Below are positions 33,283-43,234 of a stretch of 64,000 nucleotides of DNA, one piece after another. The position numbers were made by a program, and so were the translations under genes. Position 1 is the first letter of the stretch. Every line of letters begins with the position of its first letter. The notes below the pieces were generated by a model. It was given only the letters and a program-made list of their open reading frames with translations, made no database searches and was not told where the DNA came from. Source of the stretch: Candidatus Jorgensenbacteria bacterium GW2011_GWA1_48_11 (GTDB taxonomy: Bacteria > Patescibacteriota > Minisyncoccia > UBA6257 > GWB1-50-10); NCBI GenBank assembly GCA_001003475.1, contig LCPF01000001.1:37910-101909 (forward strand), written 5' to 3'.

Positions 33283-34464
33283 TCAATGATGAACGAGCTT
33301 TTGATATTCGTCAAAAAACCTCATGGCCACCGCCGCCGGCGAAAATTCATTTTGAACCAACTGCCGGCCCGCCCGCACGTACTCTTTTCTCTGCGCCGGA
33401 TTCTCCAAAACATCCGAAACGGCCCGGCTAAGTTCCTCCTTGTTTTTCGAAACAACCTTGCCTGCCTTATAGCGGTCGATCAAGTAGCTAATGGCCACGC
33501 CCTTGGTTACCACCACCACGGTATGCATGAGCCCCTCCATCGCGGCCATACCGAAATTCTCGGAGAACGACGGCAAAACGAAAACGTCGGCATATTCGAG
33601 CGCCGCATTTTTATCGTCCCCAAGAAGCATGCCGGTGAAAAAAACATCTCTTTTTTCTTTCAGATCGTTTCTGCTCATCCATTTTGATATTTCTTTGGAA
33701 TAATCATCATCATCGCTTCCCGCCAAAACCAAAACAGTATCGGGAATTCTGTCACGCACCCGCCGGAAAGCCGGAATCAGCGTATCCAGTCCTTTTTTCC
33801 AGTTAAGACGGCTCATGAAAAGCACTATTTTCTTGCGGGGCGGAATTTGGTATTTCTTCCGAAACTCTTCCTCGGTCGGAATTTCACGCGATTCTTCCGG
33901 CTCGAAAGCATTGGGAATTATAAAGGAATTTCCGGGAGGCAGGCCGGATTCAAAATACTCTTTTCTTTCTACCTCGGCCGTAAAATGAATTGCGGCGGCG
34001 CCGGCTAAATTGTTTCTTTCTATCAACTTCAGATATACCAGCTTCAGGAAGCGGCTTTTCCTTGCGAGCGGCTCCTTCATTAAGCTGCCCCGCGGCGAAA
34101 TGACATAGGGTTTATGAAATTTTTTAGCGTAATAAGCCCCCAAGGCAGAAACCGACAGAAAAACAGAAGTAATATGGATCAAATCAAAATCCCCGATCCT
34201 TTCGGCCAAAGCCGAACGCAAATCCCGGGAATAGAACCATTTTCTCGGAAAAGAGCTTTTGAAATAAAAGATCGTGACGCCGTCAACGATGACCGGCTTG
34301 TTCAGAGGCACGTCCAGGTCTTCCGGTCCATTGATATTGGTCGTAAAAACCGTTACCTCAACTCCTTTTTTGACCAGCCACTTATTGAGATAATGAACGC
34401 TCAAAATGGGCCCGCCGTAACGATAGGCCGGCAAATAAGTGGGGACGACGTGCAAAATTTTCAT
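33283..34464 (-). CDS. glycosyltransferase family 4
   Basis: MKILHVVPTYLPAYRYGGP N-terminal GT4 domain and a C-terminal GT1 domain with E..G..EA motifs. Confidence 0.75.
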   Translation of the reverse strand: MKILHVVPTYLPAYRYGGPILSVHYLNKWLVKKGVEVTVFTTNINGPEDLDVPLNKPVIVDGVTIFYFKSSFPRKWFYSRDLRSALAERIGDFDLIHITSVFLSVSALGAYYAKKFHKPYVISPRGSLMKEPLARKSRFLKLVYLKLIERNNLAGAAAIHFTAEVERKEYFESGLPPGNSFIIPNAFEPEESREIPTEEEFRKKYQIPPRKKIVLFMSRLNWKKGLDTLIPAFRRVRDRIPDTVLVLAGSDDDDYSKEISKWMSRNDLKEKRDVFFTGMLLGDDKNAALEYADVFVLPSFSENFGMAAMEGLMHTVVVVTKGVAISYLIDRYKAGKVVSKNKEELSRAVSDVLENPAQRKEYVRAGRQLVQNEFSPAAVAMRFFDEYQKLVHH

Positions 34465-35771
34465 TGATTTTGGGCATTTTTATTTCTCACTAAAAAGAAG
34501 TGTATCAAAACCAACAAAATAATCAGCTTCACCAAACCGGCGTAAGTTGAGGCTATCCAACCCTCCAGGCCCTTAATAATTTGAAGCCACGCCAGGGTAT
34601 AAAGCATCACGCCGCCAGGCGAATGATTGGTCGATTCAATAAGATAAAAATAAATGAACTTGTAAATGATTCCTATAAAAAACATGCCCGCAATGATGCC
34701 AACCAGGCCGAAATTGAGGTACCAATCCCCGATCATGGTTACCCCCACGCCGCTTTTAAAATCATCCGGACTCACGAAACCCAATTGCCGCCCCACCGCA
34801 TTGCCGTCTATGGCGATTGACGGCTTGTCATGCCAAATGAACTTCGGCGGAGTAAGGCTGATAAAAAATTCCAATAAATCCTGGCCGTACCAAAAATCAT
34901 GGAATTTTTCAAAAATATGGTAGAAAATGGAGTACTGATTTATCCGCGCAACTCCGCTATCCAAGGCAAAACCAACCGCATTACTGACACGGGATGATTG
35001 GCCGCCGTCGTTAAAATACCAATTCAAATTGGGTTTCGGCGAATTGTAAAAATGAACGGAAGGCATGACAACAAGCAGAGACAATAAAATGACAAAGATC
35101 GTTCTTTTGTAATTAAAACCAACGATGTAGTGCCTAACGATCAAATAAACAAAAATAGGAATAAGAGCCTCAAGCCGGCTGCCCCTTAAAAACCCATAAA
35201 TAAATTCGAGCACGAATAAGGACCAAGCCCACCACTTCCAGACGCGAAAATTCCCAAACCCTTCCTTTAAACTTCTGTAATAGAAGAGGAAAGCGACCGC
35301 CAAGGCTACGGTGCCGAGCAAACTAAAGAAACCGACGGCGCTGTAAAAAGGGCCCTGCTCAAAAGACGGATTTATGCCCAAATGAGAAAAGCCCTCCTGC
35401 CAAATCCAGATCGCTTTAACGAATAAATTACCAACCGAAAGGGCAATTAAGGCCCAAAAACCTTTCTTAAGCGACCACTCTCGCTTTAAAAAGCTCGGGA
35501 TGAATTCCAGCCTCCCGCCCCTAAAAATCCTTGCCGCAAACAAATAGCCGGCGGCCAAAGAAACGCTACCCAGCAACAGATAAATAACGACGCGCCAGCT
35601 AAAAACCCATTGGTAAGCCAAGGTGGATTTGGCGGGAAGTCCCAACAAAATTATTGCCAGGAGCGCAACGGGAAAAAATAGATAATAAGCGATGGTAAAC
35701 CAAGGCAGCGCAAAAAAATCGATATTCTTTATCTTCGAAAATAAAAGTGCTATTTTTTCCGATTTAGCCAT
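34461..35771 (-). CDS. oligosaccharide repeat-unit polymerase (Wzy-like) polytopic membrane protein
   Basis: About 11 TM helices with one larger periplasmic loop; sits among GT genes. Confidence 0.5.
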   Translation of the reverse strand: MAKSEKIALLFSKIKNIDFFALPWFTIAYYLFFPVALLAIILLGLPAKSTLAYQWVFSWRVVIYLLLGSVSLAAGYLFAARIFRGGRLEFIPSFLKREWSLKKGFWALIALSVGNLFVKAIWIWQEGFSHLGINPSFEQGPFYSAVGFFSLLGTVALAVAFLFYYRSLKEGFGNFRVWKWWAWSLFVLEFIYGFLRGSRLEALIPIFVYLIVRHYIVGFNYKRTIFVILLSLLVVMPSVHFYNSPKPNLNWYFNDGGQSSRVSNAVGFALDSGVARINQYSIFYHIFEKFHDFWYGQDLLEFFISLTPPKFIWHDKPSIAIDGNAVGRQLGFVSPDDFKSGVGVTMIGDWYLNFGLVGIIAGMFFIGIIYKFIYFYLIESTNHSPGGVMLYTLAWLQIIKGLEGWIASTYAGLVKLIILLVLIHFFLVRNKNAQNQ

Positions 35772-36965
35772 TTAAAGAGTTTTGGGGAGGAAATTATTCT
35801 CGATAATTTTTGCCAAACGTTCGGCAATCAGCCGATAACTTTCGGGTACGTAATGAACGCCATCCACGTAAGCCGTGTTTTTGAAATCTTTGAACAAGCA
35901 AGACAAATCGCTGATTTTTACATTTTGAGAATCCGGAATGTCGGCCATCAACTTGCCGACCCGCGGCCAATATTCCTTAACTTGATCGATCCAATTCGTT
36001 TTCTCCACCGCCCTAAAATATTCCAAAACGCTGTTTTCGTAACTTGATAAATTATCTTTGCAATAGCCAAGGGTCGGCTGGAAAACAAACAACCCTTTGA
36101 TGTTTTTATTGTCCAAAATTTCTTTTTCTATTTTCAGATTATTGAGATAAAGATCTATCGCGGCTTCTTTGATTCGGGCGTTTTCGGGATAAACCTTGAA
36201 ATCGTGCCTCCGAAAAGCAACCCGGAATAAATCGGTCAAAAACGCGCTCTTCTTTATCAACACCTTGGCGTCGTAAGCAAGAAGCGACCTCAGCGACGGA
36301 TAGTTCACGAAAGAATCCAATATCCTTTGATTAGCGAAATAATCGCCGTTCTTCCTGCCCTTCCAGTCCGGCAGGATCGAATAATAAAGATCGTTGCGCC
36401 CATCGAATATTATCACCAGGTCCGGTTCCAAATCCGAAATTTCGGTCTCGAGAAGCGCCAATTCCTGCTGCGAAAAATAACCGACGACGCCGGCATTGAT
36501 AACCTCGGCCGAAGGAATGATTTTTTTCAATTCCTCTTCAAGATAAGAAGAAATCATCCATTTCTCGTTAAACCCGCCCTCGACGGTCGAGCCGCCCAAA
36601 ATAAAGACCCTGAAATCGCCTTTTGGTTTGGGCACGATCATCTCTTTCGAGCGAAAACCGAAAGAATTAGTCGTGTAATCGATGTTTTTCGTCTTAAAAC
36701 CAAAATTGGGCTTCAGCGCCGTTACGGTATACGGAGAGTAGATCGCGCCGGTGCCATAGAAAAAGCTTTGTGCGTCGCCGAGTTTTTTTACGTAATCCAG
36801 AAAGCCCCGAAGATCTCCGAATCCTTCCGCCGAATCTGGGGCCGACGGAAGTTCGCGGAAAATTGCGCTTCTACGAATTCTGAAACCGAACTCAAGCAAT
36901 CCGAGGAGTAAAAGAAAGATTATAAGGCTGATAGCCGCTTTCTTTAAAACTTCGTCTTTCATCAT
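35772..36965 (-). CDS. membrane-anchored SGNH-hydrolase-like protein (variant block I GGST)
   Basis: N-terminal TM helix; FRVFILGGSTVEGG resembles SGNH block I but lacks the GDS serine context. Confidence 0.45.
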   Translation of the reverse strand: MMKDEVLKKAAISLIIFLLLLGLLEFGFRIRRSAIFRELPSAPDSAEGFGDLRGFLDYVKKLGDAQSFFYGTGAIYSPYTVTALKPNFGFKTKNIDYTTNSFGFRSKEMIVPKPKGDFRVFILGGSTVEGGFNEKWMISSYLEEELKKIIPSAEVINAGVVGYFSQQELALLETEISDLEPDLVIIFDGRNDLYYSILPDWKGRKNGDYFANQRILDSFVNYPSLRSLLAYDAKVLIKKSAFLTDLFRVAFRRHDFKVYPENARIKEAAIDLYLNNLKIEKEILDNKNIKGLFVFQPTLGYCKDNLSSYENSVLEYFRAVEKTNWIDQVKEYWPRVGKLMADIPDSQNVKISDLSCLFKDFKNTAYVDGVHYVPESYRLIAERLAKIIENNFLPKTL

Positions 36966-38755
36966 TCTTTTTTGTTTTTATAAACGACGAAATCTTTTAA
37001 TACCAGGATGTCCAATTCGCTCCGCTCGAAAGTCGAATAAGCATCGGCTGGCGTATTCACGATCGGTTCGCCCTTAAGATTGAAGGACGTATTTAAAATC
37101 AGCGGTACCCCGGTGATGTCGGAAAATTTCTTTATTAACCCGTAATAGCGGGGGGAATGCTCCCTGAAAACCGTCTGCGGCCGGGCGGTGCCGTCGACGT
37201 GGGTAATGGCCGGGATGATTTCCTGCTTGTCCTTCAATACGTCCACGACGTAAAGCATGAATCGGGCCGGATAATATTTTTTTGGTTCCGGCAAATCAAA
37301 AAACTTATCCGCTTCTTCGACTAAAACCGAGGGCGCGAAAGGACGATAGGGTTCGCGGAATTTTATCTTGGTATTGACGACGTCCTTCATTTCCGATCGA
37401 CGGGGATCGCCCAGAATCGATCGACTGCCGAGCGCCCGCGGCCCCCATTCGAATTTGCCGTCAAACCAGCCTATCACCTTGCCGTTCGCTATTTCCCTGG
37501 CGATCAAGTCGAATAACGCCTCTTCGTTCTTAAAATATTGGTGTTCTATTTTATTTGAATCTAAAAATGATTTTATGTCGTTTTCGGAATATTCTGCCCC
37601 GTAATAAGCGTGCTCCATTTTGTAACTGCGCTCATTGCCCAAAGCCTGATTCCAGACGAGCAGGGCGGCCCCCAGGGCGCCGCCGGCGTCGCCGGCGGCC
37701 GGCTGGATAAAAATCTCGTCGAAGCCGGCGTTCTTCAGTATTTTCCCGTTCGCGACGGAGTTCAGAGCGACGCCTCCCGCAAAACAAAGCTTGGACAAGC
37801 CGGTGATCCGCCTGGCTTCTTTCGCCAAAAGAATCACGGCTTCCTCCAAAACGGCCTGAACCGAGGCGGCGATATCGGCATAATGTTCCTGTTCCAACGC
37901 GATCCTCTCAAACTCCTTGCCTTGCGGCTTTTCCCCGAAATAAGACGGCCAACCCGTTTCCCGCGTAAAAAATTTCGACTTGGGGTCGCGCGGCGGGCCG
38001 AACAATTCGATGAATTTTCCGGAATAAGTCCGGCTTAAGGATCGGTGAAAAGAGAAATAACTGAGATCGAGATCGTAAGAACCGTCAGGGAAAAATCTTA
38101 TCGTTCTGCGCACCAAATCGGCGTACTTGGGCTTGCCGTACGGCGCCATTCCCATAACCTTGTATTCGCCGTCATTAACCTCAAACCCCAAAAAGGCCGT
38201 AAAAGCGGAATAAAGAAGGCCCAAAGAATGGGGGAAATGGATTTCCTTTAGAATCTTGACCTTCTTCCCGTCCCCGACGCCGATTGTCGTAACCGCCCAC
38301 TCGCCTACCCCGTCAATCGTCAGGATCGCCGCTTGGTCGTAAGGAGACGGCAAAAAAGCCGAAGCGGCATGGGACAAGTGGTGTTCCACGAAAAGGACCT
38401 TGCCCGGATCAATCCCGAGCCGACTGCTTATAATCTGCCGAATCCATATTTTTTTCAGAAAAAGGCTCTTGATCGACGCGACAAAAACGTGAGGCGCAAT
38501 CGGAAAAGTCGCCAAATCCGTTTTCATGATTCTATCAAGCTTGATAAAGGGTTTCTCGTAGAAAACGACATAATCAACGTCCTTAGCGCTTATTCCTCCT
38601 TTTTTAAGGACAAAATTGATCGCCAATTCCGGAAAATCCGAATCGTGTTTTTTTCTTGAAAAACGCTCCTCTTCGGACATTGCTACCGGGACCCCGTTCA
38701 TAAGAAGCGCCGCCGCTGCGTCGTGATAAAAAAAGGAAAGGCCGAGGATATTCAT
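36962..38755 (-). CDS. carbamoyltransferase (NodU/CmcH family)
   Basis: MNILGLSFFYHDAAAALLMNGVPVAMSEEERFSRKKHDSDFP is the hallmark N-terminus of NodU/CmcH/TobZ-type O-carbamoyltransferases; 597 aa. Confidence 0.85.
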   Translation of the reverse strand: MNILGLSFFYHDAAAALLMNGVPVAMSEEERFSRKKHDSDFPELAINFVLKKGGISAKDVDYVVFYEKPFIKLDRIMKTDLATFPIAPHVFVASIKSLFLKKIWIRQIISSRLGIDPGKVLFVEHHLSHAASAFLPSPYDQAAILTIDGVGEWAVTTIGVGDGKKVKILKEIHFPHSLGLLYSAFTAFLGFEVNDGEYKVMGMAPYGKPKYADLVRRTIRFFPDGSYDLDLSYFSFHRSLSRTYSGKFIELFGPPRDPKSKFFTRETGWPSYFGEKPQGKEFERIALEQEHYADIAASVQAVLEEAVILLAKEARRITGLSKLCFAGGVALNSVANGKILKNAGFDEIFIQPAAGDAGGALGAALLVWNQALGNERSYKMEHAYYGAEYSENDIKSFLDSNKIEHQYFKNEEALFDLIAREIANGKVIGWFDGKFEWGPRALGSRSILGDPRRSEMKDVVNTKIKFREPYRPFAPSVLVEEADKFFDLPEPKKYYPARFMLYVVDVLKDKQEIIPAITHVDGTARPQTVFREHSPRYYGLIKKFSDITGVPLILNTSFNLKGEPIVNTPADAYSTFERSELDILVLKDFVVYKNKKE

Positions 38756-38771
38756 AGAAATTTTTTAGCTC

Positions 38772-38996
38772 TTACTCATCTCTGAAATCTTCCATTCCCG
38801 GAAAAACATCTTTCCTTAAGAACCAATTCGAATGTTCGCTTTTTCGCCGCAGGACCTTAACAAAAATCCTAAAGGGAATGGCGAAAAGAGAAAAAATAAG
38901 AAAATAAAAGATCGTAAGAAAAATGCCACTCATGACATTTCCCATAAACAAACCCGTCTTCATCCAGCCGTCCCGGACTTTCTTTAAAAATTTCAT
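38772..38996 (-). CDS. small membrane protein (possibly SxtJ-like)
   Basis: I chose the start at MKFLKK (38996), not the track's 39110, to avoid a 100-nt overlap with the upstream DUF5989-like gene. Two TM helices. Position between the DUF5989-like gene and the carbamoyltransferase. Confidence 0.35.
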   Translation of the reverse strand: MKFLKKVRDGWMKTGLFMGNVMSGIFLTIFYFLIFSLFAIPFRIFVKVLRRKSEHSNWFLRKDVFPGMEDFRDE

Positions 38997-39007
38997 ACAG
39001 CCGATTA

Positions 39008-39199
39008 TTAAAAAAGCGTGTAGATGAACGGACCCAGCGGGGAGCTTTGAGCGAATATTATCAAAATAAAAAAGGCCGCCAGGACAAAAACCATCGGTAT
39101 CAACCACCACATTTTATTCCGCCAAAGGAAACCGAACAATCTGCCCAAAATCCCGAATCGTATTCTTGCAGAAGCGAAGAGTAATTTGATTTTTTCCAT
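39008..39199 (-). CDS. DUF5989-family small membrane protein (SxtK-like)
   Basis: 63 aa, basic N-terminus, single TM, C-terminal ...SPLGPFIYTLF matching the characteristic PFIYTLF ending of this family. Adjacent to a carbamoyltransferase, as usually seen. Confidence 0.55.
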   Translation of the reverse strand: MEKIKLLFASARIRFGILGRLFGFLWRNKMWWLIPMVFVLAAFFILIIFAQSSPLGPFIYTLF

Positions 39200-39301
39200 A
39201 AAAAAATTCTACCAAAGAATGCGAGGGTTATCAATATGAGGTCAGAGGACCCGATTAAAACACCGCTAATCCAAGAACCCTCGAAACCGATTTATTAAAA
39301 A

Positions 39302-40267
39302 TCAGCGCGGAGGATTCTGGTTGAAAAAGGCGTTGATTCGATCAGCGACAAATCGCTTGCCTTGCGCGGTCAAATGCTCGTTGGGATACGCCGGATAATC
39401 GAAGTAATCGCGGGTTAGAGAGAGCGTCAAATCCAAGCACGGCATTTTTTTATCTTCCAGAACCGAACAAACCAAATTGGCGTTATACGCGACCTGTTCC
39501 ACGAAATCGTTCCCGATGAACTTTGTTCCCGTCTCATAATCTATCGGGGAAATATAGACGTATATTTTTGTGCCGGCCTTATCCGCCAAGTCCAGCAAGG
39601 ATTCCAAAGATTTCATTTTCCTTTGATTTCGATCAAGCTTGAACATGTATTTATAGACATAATCGTCCCTGATATTTTCTTCGGTGGCGGGCTTGTTCTT
39701 ATCCACCGCTTCGAAATCTTCCACGATTCCCGCTTGTTTTTGACCGTAATAAACGGGGGTTTTTAAAAACTCGGTGTAGGAAACCGAATTAACGTCAATC
39801 GCCCTTAATATGGCTAGGGGCGTATAAAAATAAGAGATGAAAGAGGTGCGATCCTTCAGTAAAAATATTTCCTTCTCGAATTGATTCACCGGGCGCATGT
39901 CCCATTCGGGAGAGAAAGATCTGAGTTGTACGGGAAAGATGATCGCTTGCGGCTTCGAGGGGGCGCGGGAAATATAATCCAATACGGCCTCATAAATACC
40001 CAAATGATAAGCCGGGTGAGCCAAATTGCCCAGCTTATAAGCGGGGTTGGCCGCTTGGAACATCTCAATGATGGACGATTGGTTGTCGGAACTGCCGCCG
40101 GTGGGCAAAACCGAGCTGTCTCCGAAGAAAAGAATTTGTGTCCGATCTCTCAAATAGCCGTTCAAGGAGGAAACCAGCGGGTCGGGTTCGATATAGCGCG
40201 CAATAACCACCTGAGCCGCCAGGACAAGCGCGACAAAAGCAATTAATTTCAAAAAGAAAGATTTCAT
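39302..40267 (-). CDS. secreted SGNH/AlgJ-DltD-like protein (partner of MBOAT)
   Basis: Signal/anchor sequence; ILFFGDSSV block-I-like motif; lies immediately downstream of the MBOAT gene (10-nt gap). Confidence 0.45.
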   Translation of the reverse strand: MKSFFLKLIAFVALVLAAQVVIARYIEPDPLVSSLNGYLRDRTQILFFGDSSVLPTGGSSDNQSSIIEMFQAANPAYKLGNLAHPAYHLGIYEAVLDYISRAPSKPQAIIFPVQLRSFSPEWDMRPVNQFEKEIFLLKDRTSFISYFYTPLAILRAIDVNSVSYTEFLKTPVYYGQKQAGIVEDFEAVDKNKPATEENIRDDYVYKYMFKLDRNQRKMKSLESLLDLADKAGTKIYVYISPIDYETGTKFIGNDFVEQVAYNANLVCSVLEDKKMPCLDLTLSLTRDYFDYPAYPNEHLTAQGKRFVADRINAFFNQNPPR

Positions 40268-40276
40268 TCGTATTGA

Positions 40277-41818
40277 TCAGAACTGGAAATAAATAAAGGG
40301 TATTTCGTGGGTGACGCCTAAATTCATTATCGCCAAAACCGCGCTGAAATATAGAACCGCGCGGACCCAACGGTATTTGACGGAAAAGAGATTCAAGGTT
40401 TTCGAATAGCTCACTGCCTCGGCTAAGACAAAGAACAAAACCAAAAAGATCAAGAATAAAAATTGCCGCCGGCCTTCACCGTCAAGCAAAAATTGATTCA
40501 GGAAACCAAAAAGCGCAGGCGTTGTCGCCTGATTAAGGGAGGTTGTGACCCCGACGAAACGCCCAAAGAAACCGATTAAACCGTTAAAAGAATGGATTAA
40601 AATATAGCCGGCGTCGCCGAGAGTAGCCGCCCGAAAAAAAACAAAACCGATGCAAGCCAGAGAAAACGTCAGGAGCGTCTGCCAAAAATGATACAATCTT
40701 GGAAATTTAAGGAAACCAACTTTCCGCACGATCCATTGACGCGACTTTTGGGTTATCTGGCCAAAAACCATGTAGAAACCATGGAGGGCGCCGAAGGCAA
40801 CAAAGGTCCAATCAGCGCCGTGCCATAAACCTATCAAGACCATTGTGATAAAAAGCGCAAGATAAAGCCGCGTCCGGACGTGCGCTTTTATCGAAAAGAC
40901 CAAGGGGTAATACAAATAATCGCGCAGCCAATTGGAGAGAGACATGTGCCAGCGCCGCCAATATTCCGCCATTGATCGCGATAAATAAGGGTAATTGAAA
41001 TTCTCTATCAGCTTGATTCCCAATACCTGCGCCCCGCCGATCGCAATATCAGAATAGCCGGAAAAGTCGCAATATAACTGGATGGCAAAGAAAAACGTGG
41101 CCGTGAGAAGAATGAGTCCGGAATAACCCTGGGGATAAAGATACGCTTGATCCACGTAAGCCGCCAAATTGTCGGCAATGACTATTTTTTTGAAAAATCC
41201 CCACAGCATCCGCTCCAGTCCCGCTTTAAGGTTTTGCAGACCGAATTTTTGTTCCTGTTTGAGCTGCGGCAAGAGATTATAAGGACGCTCGATCGGGCCA
41301 GCCACCAATTGGGGGAAAAACATGACGTACAAAGCGTAAGTCAATAAATTATTTTCGGCCCGGTATTTTCCCCGGTAAACCTCGATTACGTAACTCAAGC
41401 TCTGAAAGACATGAAAAGACAAACCAAGCGGCAATACGATTGAAAGGATCGGAAGCGAATAATTCCAGTGGATGAGCCTAGCTAAAGCGCCAACGTTATC
41501 GCTGAAAAAATTGAAATATTTGAAAACAAAAAGTGTTCCCAGGTTCGCCAAAATGCTCACAAAAAGGAGAATTTTTCTCTTTTCTCCTTGATTTTTTTCT
41601 ATCTGCTTAGCCAGGAAAAAATCGGTGGCGATCAGGAAAAAAAGGATGAGGATGTACTTTGGCACGAAGGCCATGTAAAAATAGCTGCTCGCAATTAAAA
41701 GAATCAAACTGCGCCACTTATGTGGCGCTAAATAATAAATCGCAACGACAATCGGAAAAAACAAAAGAAAGGAGAAGGAATTGAAAAGCATTTCAGTTAG
41801 TTTCCGATTCCGGAGCAA
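40277..41818 (-). CDS. MBOAT-family membrane-bound O-acyltransferase (AlgI/DltB-like)
   Basis: About 10 TM helices with the conserved MBOAT histidine region (AEYWRRWHMSLSNWLRDYLYYPL). Confidence 0.85.
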   Translation of the reverse strand: MLRNRKLTEMLFNSFSFLLFFPIVVAIYYLAPHKWRSLILLIASSYFYMAFVPKYILILFFLIATDFFLAKQIEKNQGEKRKILLFVSILANLGTLFVFKYFNFFSDNVGALARLIHWNYSLPILSIVLPLGLSFHVFQSLSYVIEVYRGKYRAENNLLTYALYVMFFPQLVAGPIERPYNLLPQLKQEQKFGLQNLKAGLERMLWGFFKKIVIADNLAAYVDQAYLYPQGYSGLILLTATFFFAIQLYCDFSGYSDIAIGGAQVLGIKLIENFNYPYLSRSMAEYWRRWHMSLSNWLRDYLYYPLVFSIKAHVRTRLYLALFITMVLIGLWHGADWTFVAFGALHGFYMVFGQITQKSRQWIVRKVGFLKFPRLYHFWQTLLTFSLACIGFVFFRAATLGDAGYILIHSFNGLIGFFGRFVGVTTSLNQATTPALFGFLNQFLLDGEGRRQFLFLIFLVLFFVLAEAVSYSKTLNLFSVKYRWVRAVLYFSAVLAIMNLGVTHEIPFIYFQF

Positions 41819-42557
41819 TAAGGAAAGTCAGGTTGGTAAGTGAGCGCGATTCCGGGGAACAAAGAAAAGAAATCATCGCCGCTACGTCGGCTGCTTGAGC
41901 GAGGGTTTTGGTCGGGCTTTTTTCCCGGAACATATCCAAAAACGCCTGCGGCGTGGCGCTGTTCATACCTCCCGGCAGGACGCCGGGCGCCACCGAATAA
42001 ACGCGCACACCCAACGGCGCGAGCTCCTCCCTAAAAGCGGCCAAAATGCCCTGAAGCGCGAATTTGGCAGGGCTGTAAGCACCGCGGGCCCGCGTATTAA
42101 CTTGGGTAATTACGGCGGCGGTGGTAATTCCGATTATAACCCCTTCTTTTTGCTCTTTTATCCTTTTAGCGCACGCCGCCAGAAAATTAAAACTACCAAA
42201 GACATTAAGGCCAAATTGCTCCTTCAGTTCTTCCGAAGAAGAGAGATGAAGTTGTTTTGGTTTCGGCGCCGTCCCGGCTGCATGGATGCAAACACGAATC
42301 GCCCCTTGTTCCTTTTCGATGGTACGGATAGTCTCTTCCACGCGAGCGGGGTCTTCCAAATCGCACGAATACGAACGATGTCCGGCACCGGCAAGGCCGG
42401 CGATAAGTCCAACAGCAGTTTCATTCGAGCCGTTCTCACGATAAAGAGCGGCTATTTTTAGACCGTCCGCCGCCAATTTTTCGGTGATCGCGGAACCGAC
42501 ATAGCCCGTCGCGCCGGAAATGACGACTACCCTTGATTTATTTGATTGCTTGTTCAT
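41793..42557 (-). CDS. SDR-family oxidoreductase (FabG-like)
   Basis: TGxxxGxG (ISGATGYVGSA) and a YxxxK catalytic motif; 254 aa. Confidence 0.75.
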   Translation of the reverse strand: MNKQSNKSRVVVISGATGYVGSAITEKLAADGLKIAALYRENGSNETAVGLIAGLAGAGHRSYSCDLEDPARVEETIRTIEKEQGAIRVCIHAAGTAPKPKQLHLSSSEELKEQFGLNVFGSFNFLAACAKRIKEQKEGVIIGITTAAVITQVNTRARGAYSPAKFALQGILAAFREELAPLGVRVYSVAPGVLPGGMNSATPQAFLDMFREKSPTKTLAQAADVAAMISFLCSPESRSLTNLTFLIAPESETN

Positions 42558-42584
42558 GAGAATCGTTCAAAATAATCATATTTT

Positions 42585-43007
42585 TTAAGAAAGGATTTGA
42601 ACCGTTGCCGTTCCCTCGACCGCATTCCTCCCATCTTTAATTATAGAAATAAAAATATCGACGAGGCCGATCGCAAGGCTCTTGCTCTTGACCTCGCCGC
42701 GAATGACGACCTTGTCGCCGATGAAGACCGGCTCTTTAAAATCCAGTGTTTGCCGGACATACAGGCAACGCTTGCCGGGCAGATACATACCGACCAGGGT
42801 AGAGCAAGCTGAACCGACGAGCATGCCGTGGACCAGCCGGCGGCCGAATTTCGTCTTTCGGGCATATTCCTCGTCAAGATGAAGCGGGTTCTTGTCCCCG
42901 GTAAGGGAGGCGAACGCCAGGACATCCTCATTGGTCCAAATCCGGTCGAAAGACGCCGTATCGCCGACGGAAATATCATTGATTGAAAGGTCTCGCGGTT
43001 CCGTCAT
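42585..43007 (-). CDS. MaoC-like (R)-specific dehydratase, hot-dog fold
   Basis: LTGDKNPLHLDEEYARKTKFGRRLVHGML matches the MaoC dehydratase motif. Confidence 0.8.
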   Translation of the reverse strand: MTEPRDLSINDISVGDTASFDRIWTNEDVLAFASLTGDKNPLHLDEEYARKTKFGRRLVHGMLVGSACSTLVGMYLPGKRCLYVRQTLDFKEPVFIGDKVVIRGEVKSKSLAIGLVDIFISIIKDGRNAVEGTATVQILS

Positions 43008-43234
43008 GATTTTTTACCTCTTTCCTCCACTACTTTCCTTAGATCGCCCAGAACCTCGGCGGTTATCACCTCCTGCATCGTAAAAGACAGGCCGAAATTC
43101 TTCTCGAGCTCGGAAATAAAAAGAAGATAGTTCATTGAATCCCATTCCGGAATATCCCTGGAAGACATATCGTCCCGGATCTTGTCCTGGCTAATTTTGA
43201 ATATCTCCCCGACGATCTCATTAAATGTCCTCAT
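43004..43234 (-). CDS. acyl carrier protein
   Basis: 76 aa from MRTFNEIV..., with the phosphopantetheine-attachment motif EWDSMNYL. The track's longer 155-aa version overlaps the upstream gene and is unlikely. Confidence 0.7.
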   Translation of the reverse strand: MRTFNEIVGEIFKISQDKIRDDMSSRDIPEWDSMNYLLFISELEKNFGLSFTMQEVITAEVLGDLRKVVEERGKKS

